Assembly (NCBI RefSeq): GCF_037042905.1
Contig: NC_087245.1
Coordinates: 25,174,001 to 25,238,000, forward strand
Direction of reading: 5' to 3'
Length of the DNA stretch: 64,000 bases
DNA from: Lytechinus pictus
Taxonomy: Eukaryota
Position 1 is the stretch's first letter; the number at the start of each line of letters is the position of its first letter. Made by a program: the position numbers and the translations under genes. Below the pieces are notes generated by a model, which was not told the DNA's origin, made no database searches, and saw nothing but the letters and a program-made list of their open reading frames with translations. This document shows, piece by piece, positions 34,137 through 47,890 of this stretch.

Positions 34137-37100
34137 AGAGAGTCTAACCCCTTTTTATTTTTGGTCACAAGAAGAGGGGACAAATTGTCAGTAAAGTATG
34201 TTTTTGAATATGTTTGTGATATTTGTAAGATTGCCCCTTGATATACTTTTTATTTTTTGTCAATCCTTAAAAAGAGGAAAGAGAGGATAAACTTGATAAA
34301 GTTACTCTTTTGGCTTATTTTCCTGGGGGTTTTGTGGTGGTTAAAAAGGTATTCCATTAGAGAATGGATTTTGTAATTAAAACAGAAAAATTATACTTTT
34401 ACATGGTTTATTTTCCCTTTAATCATTGCACCTGTATACAGTATATTTGAACAAATTAGTTTGATTGTTGCATCAAGGACTAACTCAAACTCCTGAATCA
34501 CTGTGATAAAGTCATTTTATTCATGAGCTAATATTTACAGAGTTGAAAAGTTTACTCGATTGATACACCTCTTTCACCCATTTTGCCTTGTCAAAGAAAT
34601 CACCATGGAGAACTATTATTCTGAGTGCCTTATCATGCTTCATTAACGTTGACTAAAATTATTCAAAGAGTGGTTTGTTTACCTCCACAAATTGATTTTG
34701 ACTCCTTGATGTTGACAATGCAAACAGGTCCAAGAATGGAACTACAAATACACTTGGGGCTTAGTTGATACTATCTTTCCAGTTCCGAAGGTTAGATGTG
34801 TCTCAAGTGGTGTGTTTGGTCTTCCTAAATTTGTTAAAAGATGAAGGAGTGTTCATATTGCAATTGAATTATATGTAGACTTGTGATATTAACTTGTGAT
34901 ATACTTGCAATAATTGTGAATATTATTCATATTATTAATACCTAAATGCATAATACTACCACTTGAAATGATAATGGGTTCTTATGTAGTACTTCTTCCT
35001 GTTAGACATGATCTGGGCATTTCCAAAATTCATACATTTGCATATTTCAGCTAGGGTAAAATGGTGACAAATGGCATCTCTTGGAAGCTAATGGATTGCT
35101 CAAAATTAGCAGGACATATGGCCTTCGTTGATGGTGTAAAAATCTCTGCGTCAGTGAGCAAATGGAATGAAGATCATGAAGATGGAACTAATCTGGTGAC
35201 CTAAATTTGAAACATTTATTTACTGAATTCAGATGATTTATGAAGTCTGGAATGTCAAGTTTTGTGCCTTGTTAGATGGTATATATTTGTGTTAGATTTT
35301 TTTTTTTTTGGGGGGGGGGGGTAGCTGTATTAGTTTAAATTTTTTATGTTGATAGATTTTAGTGCACTGAGTACTGACATACCAATCTCTATCCATTCGA
35401 GTGAAATGATTGAAAAAAAAGAAGGGATAGCTCAGTGGAGGATCCAGGGTAGGGGGATTGAAGTAAGTGGGCCTTTCCCTTTTCCTGTATTGATGAAAAC
35501 CCTTTTTTGTCACAATGACTACAAAATTAGGTCACTTCTTGCCAACAAGAACTTTTGTGGAGTTGTCAAACTAATTGCTAAACAAATGACTCTCGTGCCA
35601 TTCTTTGATGACATCCTGGACTCCTTTAGTTTAATTTGCAAGTTTCATAATGAATATTTTAAGAATATTTGAATGTTTGAAAACAAAGTGCAGGCTTTCT
35701 TGCACTTCCAAGCAGAAATTCCGTTTTTTATTTTTGTGTATGATTTTCCTGTGTTTTATCCAAGTCAGTCGACTCTGAGTTTGGAACCGTTTTGAAGCAG
35801 TCTTGTTCAGGTTGTCAGGTTTACAATTTTAAGTGCTTTGACCAGTATGAGGTCCAAACTTGCTTATGGTAGTGAGATGTTTGTACTCTCACGCTGTTAA
35901 AGATAAATCTCGAGAGTGGACTTGCTGTTAATTTCCAAATTATGACGACATCCCCAACCAGCTGTATAGTGCATCAACATTTCTCACTCAAGCTGAACAA
36001 TATCACTACCAGGCATATGTAGGGCTGAGACAAGTGAAATATTAAGCGAAGCGATCATCATATGGCAGATATTGAATTAAAGCCGCTTTGATCACGTTGA
36101 TGGTCGGCCGTCGATGATGTGACCCGTGCCCGGTCTTCCTCCTCCCTCCAAGCAACTGTTTTGATGGTCATTCTTTCTCAAGTTCTCTGGTTGTGCAGCG
36201 AGTGATGGGGAATAAACATTGGTTCTATTTCCAGAGGGTCACAACTGGAGGGAGTTTAGTTCAAGGGTGACTTGTACGCTTCTTCTGTTTCCTCCTTTTG
36301 TAGATCCAGAGGAGAAAAAATCAATTGCTACCAATTAACTACTTTTGTCTGCCTTTCTGGTTGGAAAGATGATTATTTGCTCTTGTAATGCATCTTTATG
36401 TATACATGCATATAACTAATTGTCTGTGTGATAAAATCTGTGACAATATTTTTTTTGTGACTGTTGTGGAGTTTCTTCTCACCCTTTCCCGGAAATTATT
36501 TTTTGGACATTGTAACATCTCTGGTATGGGATTCACTTTCTAACCTTTTAAGTTTATCAATGGTTTGATGCGCAGTCATGTATGTAAACGAGCCTGCAAC
36601 AGATTGAAATGATAACTTATGAATGGATTTCCATGGATTTTTCAGCACGTGGGACATGTTCCATATTTTTGATTAAAGAAACATACCTACTTGAAGAGAA
36701 TCATTTTTAACAGAGGAGTTGACTGATAGATGGCACAAATCATAAGCTAATTCTCCTTGGATGGAATTAATTTTTGTATTAAGATACATTATCCTGTTAA
36801 AAGTTAATGTTCTAACATGTCTCACAAAAAATGTGAATTTAACATGATATACTAGTGAGGAAAGGATATTTCAAATATAGCATGAGTTGGTGTTCCTTCA
36901 AGCGTGAAACACATCTAAAGGAGATATGAATGTGTTTTTACCTTAATTGTGATTCTCTAATAATCTGGTTTAGTAAATCAAGCAGTTGGAACCACACAAA
37001 TAAGGTGTTGAGGAAACCCTTTCAATCTAGGAGTACTAGAAGGGTTAAAATTCAATGTTGTTTACTTGTTGATGGGACCTGGATACTCTTCCACCCATAA

Positions 37101-38777
37101 TTATAATTAACAATGACAAATTTCATTCGACTCTTTCAAAGTGTATGTGGGATCGCATTTCTTCTCGTGTCACTTTCAGTTTCTACTCTAGAGAGCATGA
37201 AGTGGTAGCAGCAGCAGCAGCACAACACATACTGCTTTTAGCCTGACCCTGACACTGCTACTTGTTTCCTGGACTGGACAGTTTGAGCTCGGTCCCACAC
37301 ACTCCTTCCTGAGCTGGGATTATTCAAGAAAACACTTTGAGCTAAATCCGAGCTACAGGGCTGTCCCAAGTACTATCCATCACTATTCTAGTTATTCAAG
37401 CATAGGATAAGATTCAGCATACTATGGATATAGCCTCGATTCTTGTGAAAATTAAAAACTATATTTACAGTGTTGCTGGAGTGCATACCTTTACTTTACA
37501 AAGTTGTTTCCTCTTAATAATGACACCCCAGTTTTCTAGGACTTCAATCTTGTAATCTTCAGAGAATACGATATCAATACCTCATGATATTATGTAGCAA
37601 GTGAAACTTACATGAAATCAACATTTGGTGCAACTTCGGCCATCAAAGAAAAGGAAGTATCCAAATTGTACTCGACTTTTTCCAGGTAGTCACTCTATAC
37701 ACAGACCTCTAACCTACACATATATGATGCTACTTCTGGATGCATTTCAGGGTATTGACTTTTACTCTTCTAAATGACACCAAATGGACTGCATGCAAGA
37801 AGTGAACTTCTACCTCATTACAGATCTTCACCAAGGTTTACCCAATTAACAGTCATTGATGGATTTATTAGATTGATTTGGATGAAGCATCATCTTGATT
37901 TGACTGTGAAAGATGATATTGTTGGAGACATGATGTGATTATCAACTTACCACTGCACTTCCTAGGCTTGCTTCTAACAGGAAAGAGAAAGTTATGTGTT
38001 TATGATGTTTACATTGTAAAACAAGGAAAAATTTTCAAGCTAGTTGTTTCTAAAGTTCACAATTACATCGTCAATGATACGGCACCTTGCATTCTTCAAG
38101 CAAGCACACAAATAATACAGCAGTATACTGTGATCTGAATGTAAGCCCACTACATGTAGTTGTGAATCTAAAATATAGTACAAATTGACCAAGAGTTGTC
38201 GTATTTACACCACTTTGATTGCTTCGTTCCTTCTTAACTAAAGGTATTTCTGCAGGAGCCATTCATTTTCAGAGGGAAAGCACTTGGAACAATAAAACAA
38301 ATTGTATGAAATTACATGTATTGGGAATATCTATGTGCAACCTTTCTGTTGTTAGTCGCCTGGTATGCTTCAAGCCGACTCCAGTGCTTTCGAGTACTCA
38401 ACACCAGATGATTAAATGCTAGCTGAACTTTCAATGATTATTAATACTCCAGTTATGAGAATCATAAATCATACCTTTCATGCCAATTGGACGTAAAGTT
38501 TGCATGATCTTCTCTTCGAGTTTTAACGTCAGACTGTGATCATATATTTCTTTGTTTTGCCGAGTGTGGGTGACTCTCTGAAAGAACAGTGATTCCTACC
38601 TTCAGAAAGAAAGTTTTATTATTTCAAAAGCTTTTATTTCGCAAGCGGAGTTAAAATCACTGAGTGTACGGTACCCAAGGAAGTAAACATCGGAAGGATA
38701 TTGGGCGTTGGATGTACAGTTTATGATTGAAAGGAAGTCAAGTATTGTTTACTAGCTACATCTCAAAGGAGTCAGCC

Positions 38778-38814
38778 ATGACAGATGATTGGATGGATGT
38801 TGATCTGTTCATAG
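38778..38814 (+). CDS. Candidate alternative first coding exon segment (MTDDWMDVDLFI + 1 nt)
   Basis: GCCATG context, donor TAG|GTAACT, phase 1 like the 29737 candidate; upstream unique non-TE sequence with CCAAT (38483). Confidence 0.3.
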
Positions 38815-38837
38815 GTAACTATAGAATATCATGTACA

Positions 38838-38968
38838 GGGTCCCGTAACACAAAGGTTAGCAATTAATCATACAATTGATTTTGATGATTGATTGTACAT
38901 TGTAGTCAATGCAGTTAATCGTATAAAAATGTTTTGCGATCATTGCTTACCTTTGTGTTCCGGGTCCC
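38838..38968. mobile_element. Short MITE, family of 4943
   Basis: TIR GGGTCCCGTAACACAAAGGTTAGCAAT / ATTGCTTACCTTTGTGTTCCGGGTCCC. Confidence 0.8.
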
Positions 38969-39448
38969 GGATTATATTATTGATAAACATAGTGAGAAAA
39001 TAGAATTGCACTTGTTATGAGTCTGGTGTGCTTGCAACGTAGGCTTGAGAAATACGATGATATGAGACATGATATGTTATGAGATTGAAAGCAATGCATA
39101 GAATAGAAAACCACGAGCAAAAAATGTCAAAGATATTAATAGGAGAATATTTTTGCAGATTTGGTCAGTGGTAAGAGTATGTTTTCCAAGTTCTCATTCC
39201 ATACTTTGGCAAAGGCTGAGAGCCCAGCAGACACAATGCTCCCTGAGAACAATCATTGCAATGCAAATAACATGGATGTAGTTTAAAACTTTTATTTGTA
39301 TTTCGTTCATGAGTGTTATAAAAGAATATGTTTAGAAAATGATTGGAAATAAGTGAAGAAACCATTTCATTGCAGAAGTACTCAATCTTGCAATTGCAGG
39401 CATTGTAAAATGGCAAAGTTAAGGATTAAACTTATTGGGCCTTATGAT

Positions 39449-41095
39449 TTTTAGCTCATCTGGTCGGAAGGGCCTGATGTGCTGATGCTGTGGCGTGGTT
39501 GGTTGTCTTTCAGTTGTCGCCCATCATCCTAGAGCTGTCCATAATTTCAAAATGCTTTTTCATCGTCATGTCATATGATATATCATATATGATAGCACTA
39601 GATGGGGGGTACCAAACTTCTACAAAGAATTTTGAAACTCATTAGACATGCTAATATGTCAACATTCACAAAAAATGTTTCTTTATTTTGTTGACTTTTT
39701 ATTTTTTTATGTTCTATCTCCATCTGGCAAAGCTACATGAGGTTCACCAAATGTGTACTTAATTTATCGAAATTCACAAAATATGTTTCTTGCTTTATGA
39801 CTTCACTAGGTGAATGTATTCTTCTACTCAGAATTTTGAAACTCACGCTGATTTATACTCACTTTTTAAAGTTCACAGAAAATGCTCTTTTTAAATTGTT
39901 AAACAGTTTCATTGTTTTGGTTCAAATTTGTATAGCTACATGAGGTTCACCAAACTTCTACTTAGAATTTTGAAACTGTGACTAGAAAATGTATAATAAA
40001 ATAAAAGAATGCTTCTCTTCCTTCATTTTTGTCTCACCTGCATAGCAGAGTGAGACTATAGGCGCCGCTTTTCCGACGGCGGCGGCGACGGCGGCGGCGG
40101 CGTCAACACCAAATCTTAACCTGAGGTTAAGTTTTTGAAATGACAGCATAACTTAGAAAGTATATGGACCTAGTTCATGAAACTTGGCCATAAGGTTAAT
40201 CAAGTATTACTGAACATCCTGCCTGAGTTTCATGTCACATGACCAAGGTCAAAGGTCATTTAGGGTCAATGAACTTAGACCATGTTGGGGGAATCAACAT
40301 CAAAATCTTAACCTAAGGTTAAGTTTTTGAAATGTCATCATAACTTAGAAAATATATGGACCTAGTTCATGAAACTTATACATAAGGTTAATCAAGTATC
40401 ACTGAACATCCTGCATGAGTTTCACGTCACATGACCAAGGTCAAAGGTCATTTAGGGTCAATGAACTTTGGCCGAATTGGGGGTATCTGTTGAATTACCA
40501 TCATAACTTTGAAAGTTTATGGATCTGATTCATGAAACTTGGACATAATAGTAATCAAGTATTACTGAACATCCTGTGCAAGTTTCAGGTCACATGATCA
40601 AGGTCAAAGGTCATTTAGGGTCAATGAACTTTGGCCAAATTGGGGTATTTGTTGAATTACAGCCATAAATTTGAAAGTGTGTTGGTCTAGTTCATAAAAC
40701 TTGGACATAATAGTAATCAAGTATCACTGAACATCCTGTGCGAGTTTCAGGTCACATGATCAAGGTCAAAGGTCATGTAAGGTCAAAGAACTTTGGCCAC
40801 GTTGGGGGTATTTGTTGAATTGCCATCATATCTCTATAAGTGTATTGGTCTAGTTCATAAAACGTGGAAATAAGAGTAACCAAGTATCACTGAACATCTT
40901 GTGCGAGTTATAGTAGTTTTCAAAATCAGCACTGCTGCTATATTGAATCGCGTGATGCAGGTGAGACGGCCAGAGGCATTCCACTTGTTTAAAATCAGTT
41001 TCAGTTCCACTTGCTCTATTTGATAGCACTAGGTGGTGGATACAAAACTTCACCAAATGTTTAAACTCATTAAATATACTAATTTATGCACATTT
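39449..41095 (+). mobile_element. Older, second-family HINE-like element interrupted by HINE copy 3
   Basis: 5' TTTTAGCTCATCTGGTCGGAAGGGCCTGATGTGCT hairpin-type head; degenerate units (GATAGCACTAG, ACCAAACTTC, GAATTTTGAAACTC) on both sides of 40031-40989. Confidence 0.55.
40031..40989 (+). mobile_element. HINE/Tsp-like element, copy 3 (best preserved)
   Basis: Subterminal IR GTCTCACCTGCA (40031-40042) / TGCAGGTGAGAC (40956-40967); 5' hairpin; (GGC/GAC)n microsatellite; units spaced 192, 163, 162 bp; T-rich insertion site with no TSD. Confidence 0.92.
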
Positions 41096-41660
41096 TAACA
41101 TAATATTTAGTAACATTCCTATTAGGCATTTCTTCAAATTATGTTACCAGTATAACTAAAACATTTTTTTACTCACTACATTGTCAACTGGGCTAAAATA
41201 ATAAATGATAAATTCTTAAACAACATGCATCAGGTTAAAAAAATGCTCACTAGTGTTAGTGGAAGGGGGTGGTTGGTGATGTGTGCAAACTTCCAAAACC
41301 AAGAAGACTCAAGACAGAAAAAAATTCCAGTAACATTAAGAGATTTGCTTACGACTTTTAAGGAATTATAACATTTTGTAACTTATTTATGTAACTGAAA
41401 AATTGATTATATAACTTATTGTAAAATTAATAACTTTTTTTAATTACAAAATTAATTGTAACCTAGTGTGATTTTAGTTATGATTTTTTGTTACCTACAT
41501 ATAATTGAACAATTTATTATATTTAAAAAAAAACAGGGTCCTGGGCCTTTAGCAATTGATAAAAAAGTTGATTTTTTTTTGGTCTGGTGCAAAGTACAAT
41601 GCATAATACTTATTTATTGAAATCCATGTTATGATCCATAGAAAAAGCTTTGAGTTATCT

Positions 41661-41811
41661 GGATCCCGTTTCATTATACTTTATACAATAACAAATTTGC
41701 AATAGCACTTAAAAGCTACAGAAATCCTGCTATCTGATTGGCTGATAGAAAATTTGTTATAGTAATTGTTCACTTGTAACTATATATAACAAGTCTTTAT
41801 GAAACTGGACC
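41661..41811. mobile_element. Short degenerate MITE
   Basis: GGATCCCGTTTCAT ... TTTATGAAACTGGACC; internal GATTGGCTG. Confidence 0.55.
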
Positions 41812-44800
41812 TAGATTCTGTTGATCGAATGTGTACTGTGTATGGTATGTCACCGAGTTTGCTCCCAGATCATCATCCTTGTTTATCAACATGTGAGTGG
41901 ATTAATGATGCCATCTTACAAACTTCAGAACATAGAGGGGGCTATATAACTTGTATCACGGTCTGCTTCCATGGTACCCCATACGAATATTAGCTGTGGC
42001 ACTGCAGGCAGTGACCCTAAAGAATTTAATTGTGCTTTGATATATCTTGGATCGTTGCTTTCTTCATTAAACCCATTGGTCATAAGTAAATTGATGCTTT
42101 TAGAAAAACTATTGCCTTGGTTATGTTTGTGTGCACTATCAATCACATATAGGGGATCCCCTTTGTGAATACATGACAATGTAATTTTGTAAAGGTTTTT
42201 TTTTGTTCACCAGTTCAACTCAATCTGCAACTGAAGTACTGATATAATCTGGTAATAAAAAGAAGGAATTGTTGAGACAAAATTGATCATAACTTATTTG
42301 TGGGTGAATATATTAGCAGTAGGTACATTCTTTAGAGAGAGGAGAGAAAACTTCTCATGTTGTCACAAAATGAAATGATATATATTCAACGGCAATCATG
42401 ACATAAAAATTACTTCTACAGATGGAGGGACTCAGGGACTATAGAGGGAGCTTTCGAGAAAATTATTTTACGACTCGTTAGACTTGTCTGCGGACCAGTC
42501 TCATGTTTTGCACATTATATTCCATTGTTTACATCAATGTTCAAGCCATCTGCTCTCCATTTGTTATGCTAGGCTGACTCATAGACATAGATGATGTTAC
42601 CTAAATTTACATTTTTCTTCTGCCATTTAGAGATGGCAACAAGGAAACAGAATTTGCTTATATAAGTCTAATATCACTTTGAAATTAGCTGTATATTATT
42701 ATGTAATTCACATTGATGTTATATATCTTAGCAGGTTGACTTTGACTGTGGGTTGCAGTATTGTTACATACATTAAATCACTGGTGCGACCTCCATCCCA
42801 CATACAAAAAATTGGGGGAAAAACTGTGCCCCTCTCACTACAGAGAAATGTTTTCAGTAGCCGCATAGACCTCAGATGGGAGGCTGCCTATTAGGTTTAT
42901 CTAGAATGCGAAGTCCTAGGGAGATTAATGAGAAGACAAACCAAGAAGTCTGTTCTTCCTGGTAGAGGAGATCATTCATTGTTCTGTCAAAGCTGCAAGG
43001 ATAACAAACCCATCCCGTGCCCCTTTCTCAATTCAGGAGCAATCAGTTACCCACTAATCACAGTCAGAGATAAATATTTGTTCATGCACGAGATGTGTTT
43101 TTATCCAAGAAGATGCTTGCAAGTTCAATATTATTCTACAGCTAACAGATCTTTTTTTTTCAAAAGATATAACTAAAGTTTTCATCATCCCTTAATTTTT
43201 CAAAATTTCTGTTGAGCATGCCATGTATGTATTTGTTTTAACCAATATGTTTATCCACTGGTCATATCCAAAGGACATGTAATATTTTGTTTCATGAAGA
43301 ATATTCTTCAATTTAAAAAGATTAATTTTTAATTCTCTAATCACTTTGTACCTTATAATTATTACTAAAAAGTTAGACAACCAGTTTCTTTTATTTGGAT
43401 AATGACCTTCATGCCCATGGAGTATGTAGCAGAAAGTTGTATGAGCTAAAAGTTTTTAGGGTCAATTTCTTTTTGCTAATTTTATTAATCTCATTCATGT
43501 TCTGGATTGGATTTTCACTTCTTTGCAAGTCAAAGATTGGCTAATAATATCATCTTAGCCATTGCTACCCATGTAAAAACTACTAAATTTGCAATTACTA
43601 TGAATGTACATAATCTTAAGCAAAATCATGAAATATCTGCATTGGGTTGTTTGATGATTTTTTTTTCCATTAAGAAATTACTTTTGAAGTAAAAAACAAC
43701 AACTCAATTTGAGTCTTGAAATGCTATTTAGTTTGGTTATTGGGGCATGTGAATGTAGACAGAGCTTTGAAAATACCAAGGAGATATCACCTCTAACTAT
43801 CTCCTTGAAAATACCATATACATCCCCTTCACATCAGATCTGCAATGCATAAGACCTTTAAGTTGGATTCCTGGGACATTTCTGTGAAAAGGGATTCTGT
43901 TATCTACAGTAGATATTGACTTAGTCAATCTTGAAAAGTGGATATGAGAAGTTGATACGTACAAATCCATTTGATCTTTCATTCCAGATGAATAACCTCT
44001 GCTATTATAGCATGTCTGTGAGCTCCTTTATATTTTTTATGTCTTATTTTCATATAATTTTTCTTTTCTAGTATTGCGTGGACCTGATCAGTGGTCTCCA
44101 TTCAAATTATGATTGAAAATTAATGGGTGTTTAGATTTTTGACATCTCTACAAAGATTTTTCTAAAACAATAATTTTGTGATTATTTCATTGTTAAACAA
44201 TGTATTCCCTCTTCTCTCTCCTCATTTTTTGTAATCACTGCTTTATTGTTTACATTTACTTATACCAGTATTCTGTATTCTAGCCTTATCAGCATTTTCT
44301 CATTCTATTTAAAAAAGCTCATGGTTTTACTCTTGATTTTTTTTAAATAAGTCGTTTATCTTTTTCAGCTTTCTGTTCTCCTGAAGGACTACTTCATGTT
44401 TTTTTTTTCAGATTTGTTTTTTTCATCTCTGTGTTTCTTTAAGTGACATATTTTTTTAAAACCTGTGTTCTTGCTTCTTTTAAAGAAACTTTTGTTCTTT
44501 TCTCTCCTTCCTCAACTGGTTTGTATGCTCTCCATCCCTCTTTCTTTGTCTGTTCTTCTCTCTCTCTCCATCCATCATGGTCTGGATCACGGATGAACTC
44601 CATGCGCAAAATGTTTACAGGGCACCAGTTACATTGGCACGGGCCTTGAGTGGGTGGAGCCTACTCATAACTCAGCTGGCCTGCCTGACCAATTATGGCT
44701 ACATCCATCTCATGTTTATTCATGAGAGGCTAGCTTTATGACTATGCATGTGTAAAGTCACCTAGAGTCCATGTTTTCACCCTCATCATCCGCAATATAC

Positions 44801-47714
44801 CTATCACAAAGGCCTGCCCAGTGCTAGTACCGTGCCATAAGATGGGATGTTGAGAGAATTCAGGATTGCTGTCGTCCACAGTTTTGTGAGCATGCTTTGC
44901 TCTACGGAAACTTTATGAGCAAAGAATTGTCATCCTTGATTTTTAGAAAGTCTGGAAAATTAATTTTCAGTGCCTATGAAGTGTGTGTAACTCACCAAGA
45001 AGTGAAGGGAATTCAGAGAATTAAACAGAATTTATTATTACTTTGATTTCTTATTGACAATTTTTTTTAAAAGGACTGGCCTACTTTTGAACTCTTGTAT
45101 ATTTTTCATATCATATATATTGATAATGAGATGTCATGTGATTTACAATCATAAATGTTCATATAGATGAACGCTATTACAGATGTCATTCCAATGTGCT
45201 AAGTGCTAATGTATAAAACCTGAATATTATTATTTTAGGAATAATGATAATGTTTTAAAGTATGCTGGATAGGAAGCAATACAGTAGGCATAATGCTGGA
45301 TTATGTTGTTTTCTAACTAAACAATATTGTAGTATCAGTGGTTCAGAATTAAAAATTATGACAGGGGGTGAAATGGGTATGTGCTTAAAAAACACTTTAT
45401 TTTTTATAGAAGTATGTAATGTGTTTATGAAACACACATAAATTCCTGATCATTGTTTCTCACACACCTTGATGCACCGGATGATAGTGTGGAAGCTTGT
45501 ATCCTAGTATGTGAGACAGCTCTCCTGCCTAGATCAGGGTAATTTGATTATACAACATCAGACCATTGACTGAGCTTATAAACAAATTCGTTATCAAACC
45601 AGATGAATATTCATAAGCTGCAGACAGCCTGTCAGAGCTTCAGAAAGTTTGCACTCATCCTTAAGTATCAATATTCATGGTGGATGAATAAAATATCATG
45701 CATATTCATGAGCAGACAACAGGCATGATGAATAATCATGGTGATGATGGTGAACGATGGTTATACAGATGTCGGGTTGGGAGAAGAGGAGGGGAAGAGA
45801 GAGAGAGAGAAAAGGGTCAGACCGGTCCATTAGCAATTCCAAAAATGCAGTCGACCGACCGTGTGAGCGCTTGTCAAAGTCAGGATGCAAGCGAAAGCAT
45901 CAATTCTGGAATGCTTTAGCCGAGCAAGAAGAGGGAAAGCCAGCCGGTCGGTGGAGCTCCACCAATATGTATGGCTTAATAATCCAAGTTTGACTGGCTG
46001 TATGCAGAGCACCCCAATCCCTAGTTAATATTTAGCCACTAATGTCAGTAGAAAACCTATTGTAGGGGCCCTCCAAAGGGATCTGAAGTACCTGTTTTAT
46101 GTCATTTGAGCTTAGGCCATTCTCATATAGAGTAGACTTATCGTATAGATGAAGACGATAGGAATATATTGTGTGATTAAACTAGTTTGAGGTGTGGGTT
46201 GATCATGATTGTTTATAATGACATTACGAGGCCTCGCTCGCTCGGTACTGGGAATCTGAAAAGAGTTAGCTGACCATTTTTCCCCCATGTCAGTCTGCAC
46301 TTATACTTTGTTTTCGGATATATATGTTTTGTCACGTGCAAGCAGCAAAGATACTAGCGAAAAGGTGATATAATCAGCCATCTGCGGGTTAAAAGAGTCC
46401 AAGCTACCTAAAGACAGGTGAGGTGATCCTTTCTTTTGTCTTTCTTCTCCATTAACACCTACTTACTAGCTATTGATAGTGTAAGTTAAGAAGCGATCAC
46501 CTGTCTCCGTTGCTCCCTGCTGCCTAGTGTTGATGAAGATGAAGACTCCATGGTTTCTGGTTGCCGGGTGATTGCTCCCGCCTGCTTGCTTGCCCAGTCC
46601 AAGAAGACAATTCAGAGAGGGGCCAAGGTCCCATAGCTCACTGATTGCAATTCCACAGTGGAGATACCTTAATCTATTTTTGTTTATCGAACAGGGTATC
46701 GACTCCCACATCAAGTATTCATAGGATGTGATGGAGAGGAGATGGGTTAAGAATAAAGGTTTGTTAATGGCTTTGTTATGTGGGTACGTCCTCGCCTCCT
46801 ATTCATCTCACATCCCGATCACTTCTCCTTCTGTGTCTATGCTTTCTAATGCTGTTATCAAGTGCATTACCATGCATTTTACCCATTTTCTGTTTATATA
46901 CTATTAATATGTAGTTTTTTTTTCAATCTCTATTTTTATTGTAAATACAAAGGAGTTGCAACCAAGGCTATTTGGTTAGAATTGTTAATGATTTTAAATG
47001 AGCACATTTCTAAAATGAAAACATGAAACATTTTTTTTGTACCTTTTTTACTATATACCCTGCAGTATTTTTTTTTTTTTTTTTAAACACCAAACATTAA
47101 ATGATATGAAGTCATATGAATCTAAGTTATTATTTTTGTGCACTTACTCATAAAAAAAAATTCTTGTCCTATTTCTTTTTGGAAACGATCGGATATCTAT
47201 CCAAGGAGAACATTTATATTTTTTAATGATTTTTTTTAAACTGACACAAATTAATTACAAAATTTTAAGATGCATAAATGTCAATTTCTACATTTGAAGC
47301 ATGTTTTTCTATTTATGCTGCTATATTAGGGTAAACAAATAATCTACTGCATGGTAGAATTCATTTCAATACTGGCATATTGGTGGGTGGGGCTGGGGCT
47401 GCCCCATAAAAAAATTAAAAATGGGTAGATTTTGCTCAACTGATGTACGTTGAAAATTTGGCTGAATTGTTCTTAAGACATAACAAAATACCTTCTGAAC
47501 TTATGACATAATCATCCTGAAATTAAAAAAGTGTGCTCACTTTGTACTCACAAAATTTTGCTAATATGCTCTTCTTCATAGAAGAGGGCCTTTGTGATCA
47601 TTACTAGAACTGTAAACCTTCCGACACTATCAATTGCAAGTATTTGTTGTAAGCTGATGTTAATAGGCTTTTTATAGTTAGGATGCAGTTGAGAAGAAGA
47701 GGGATGGTGCAATA

Positions 47715-47890
47715 CTGGTGGGTGTTTCATAAAGCTGTTTGTAAGATACAAATGACTTTACGCATGACTGGTGATCCTTTCTTGTGCTATGTGATATCCC
47801 TATGTAATTGAGTTATGGCCTAAGAACATGTTCCAGTTGTGTGTAAAGTCGTTCGTAACTTTACAAACAACTTTATGAAACTCCCACCAG
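47715..47890. mobile_element. Short MITE (PIF/Harbinger-like, CWG flanks)
   Basis: CTGGTGGGTGTTTCATAAAGCTGTTTGTAA / TTACAAACAACTTTATGAAACTCCCACCAG. Confidence 0.85.

Noticed and set aside
40100..40910. Regularly spaced repeats resembling a CRISPR array (also the 9.6-17.8 kb array)
   Set aside because: Whole ~160-bp units repeat, with no unique spacers and no cas genes, in a eukaryotic context.
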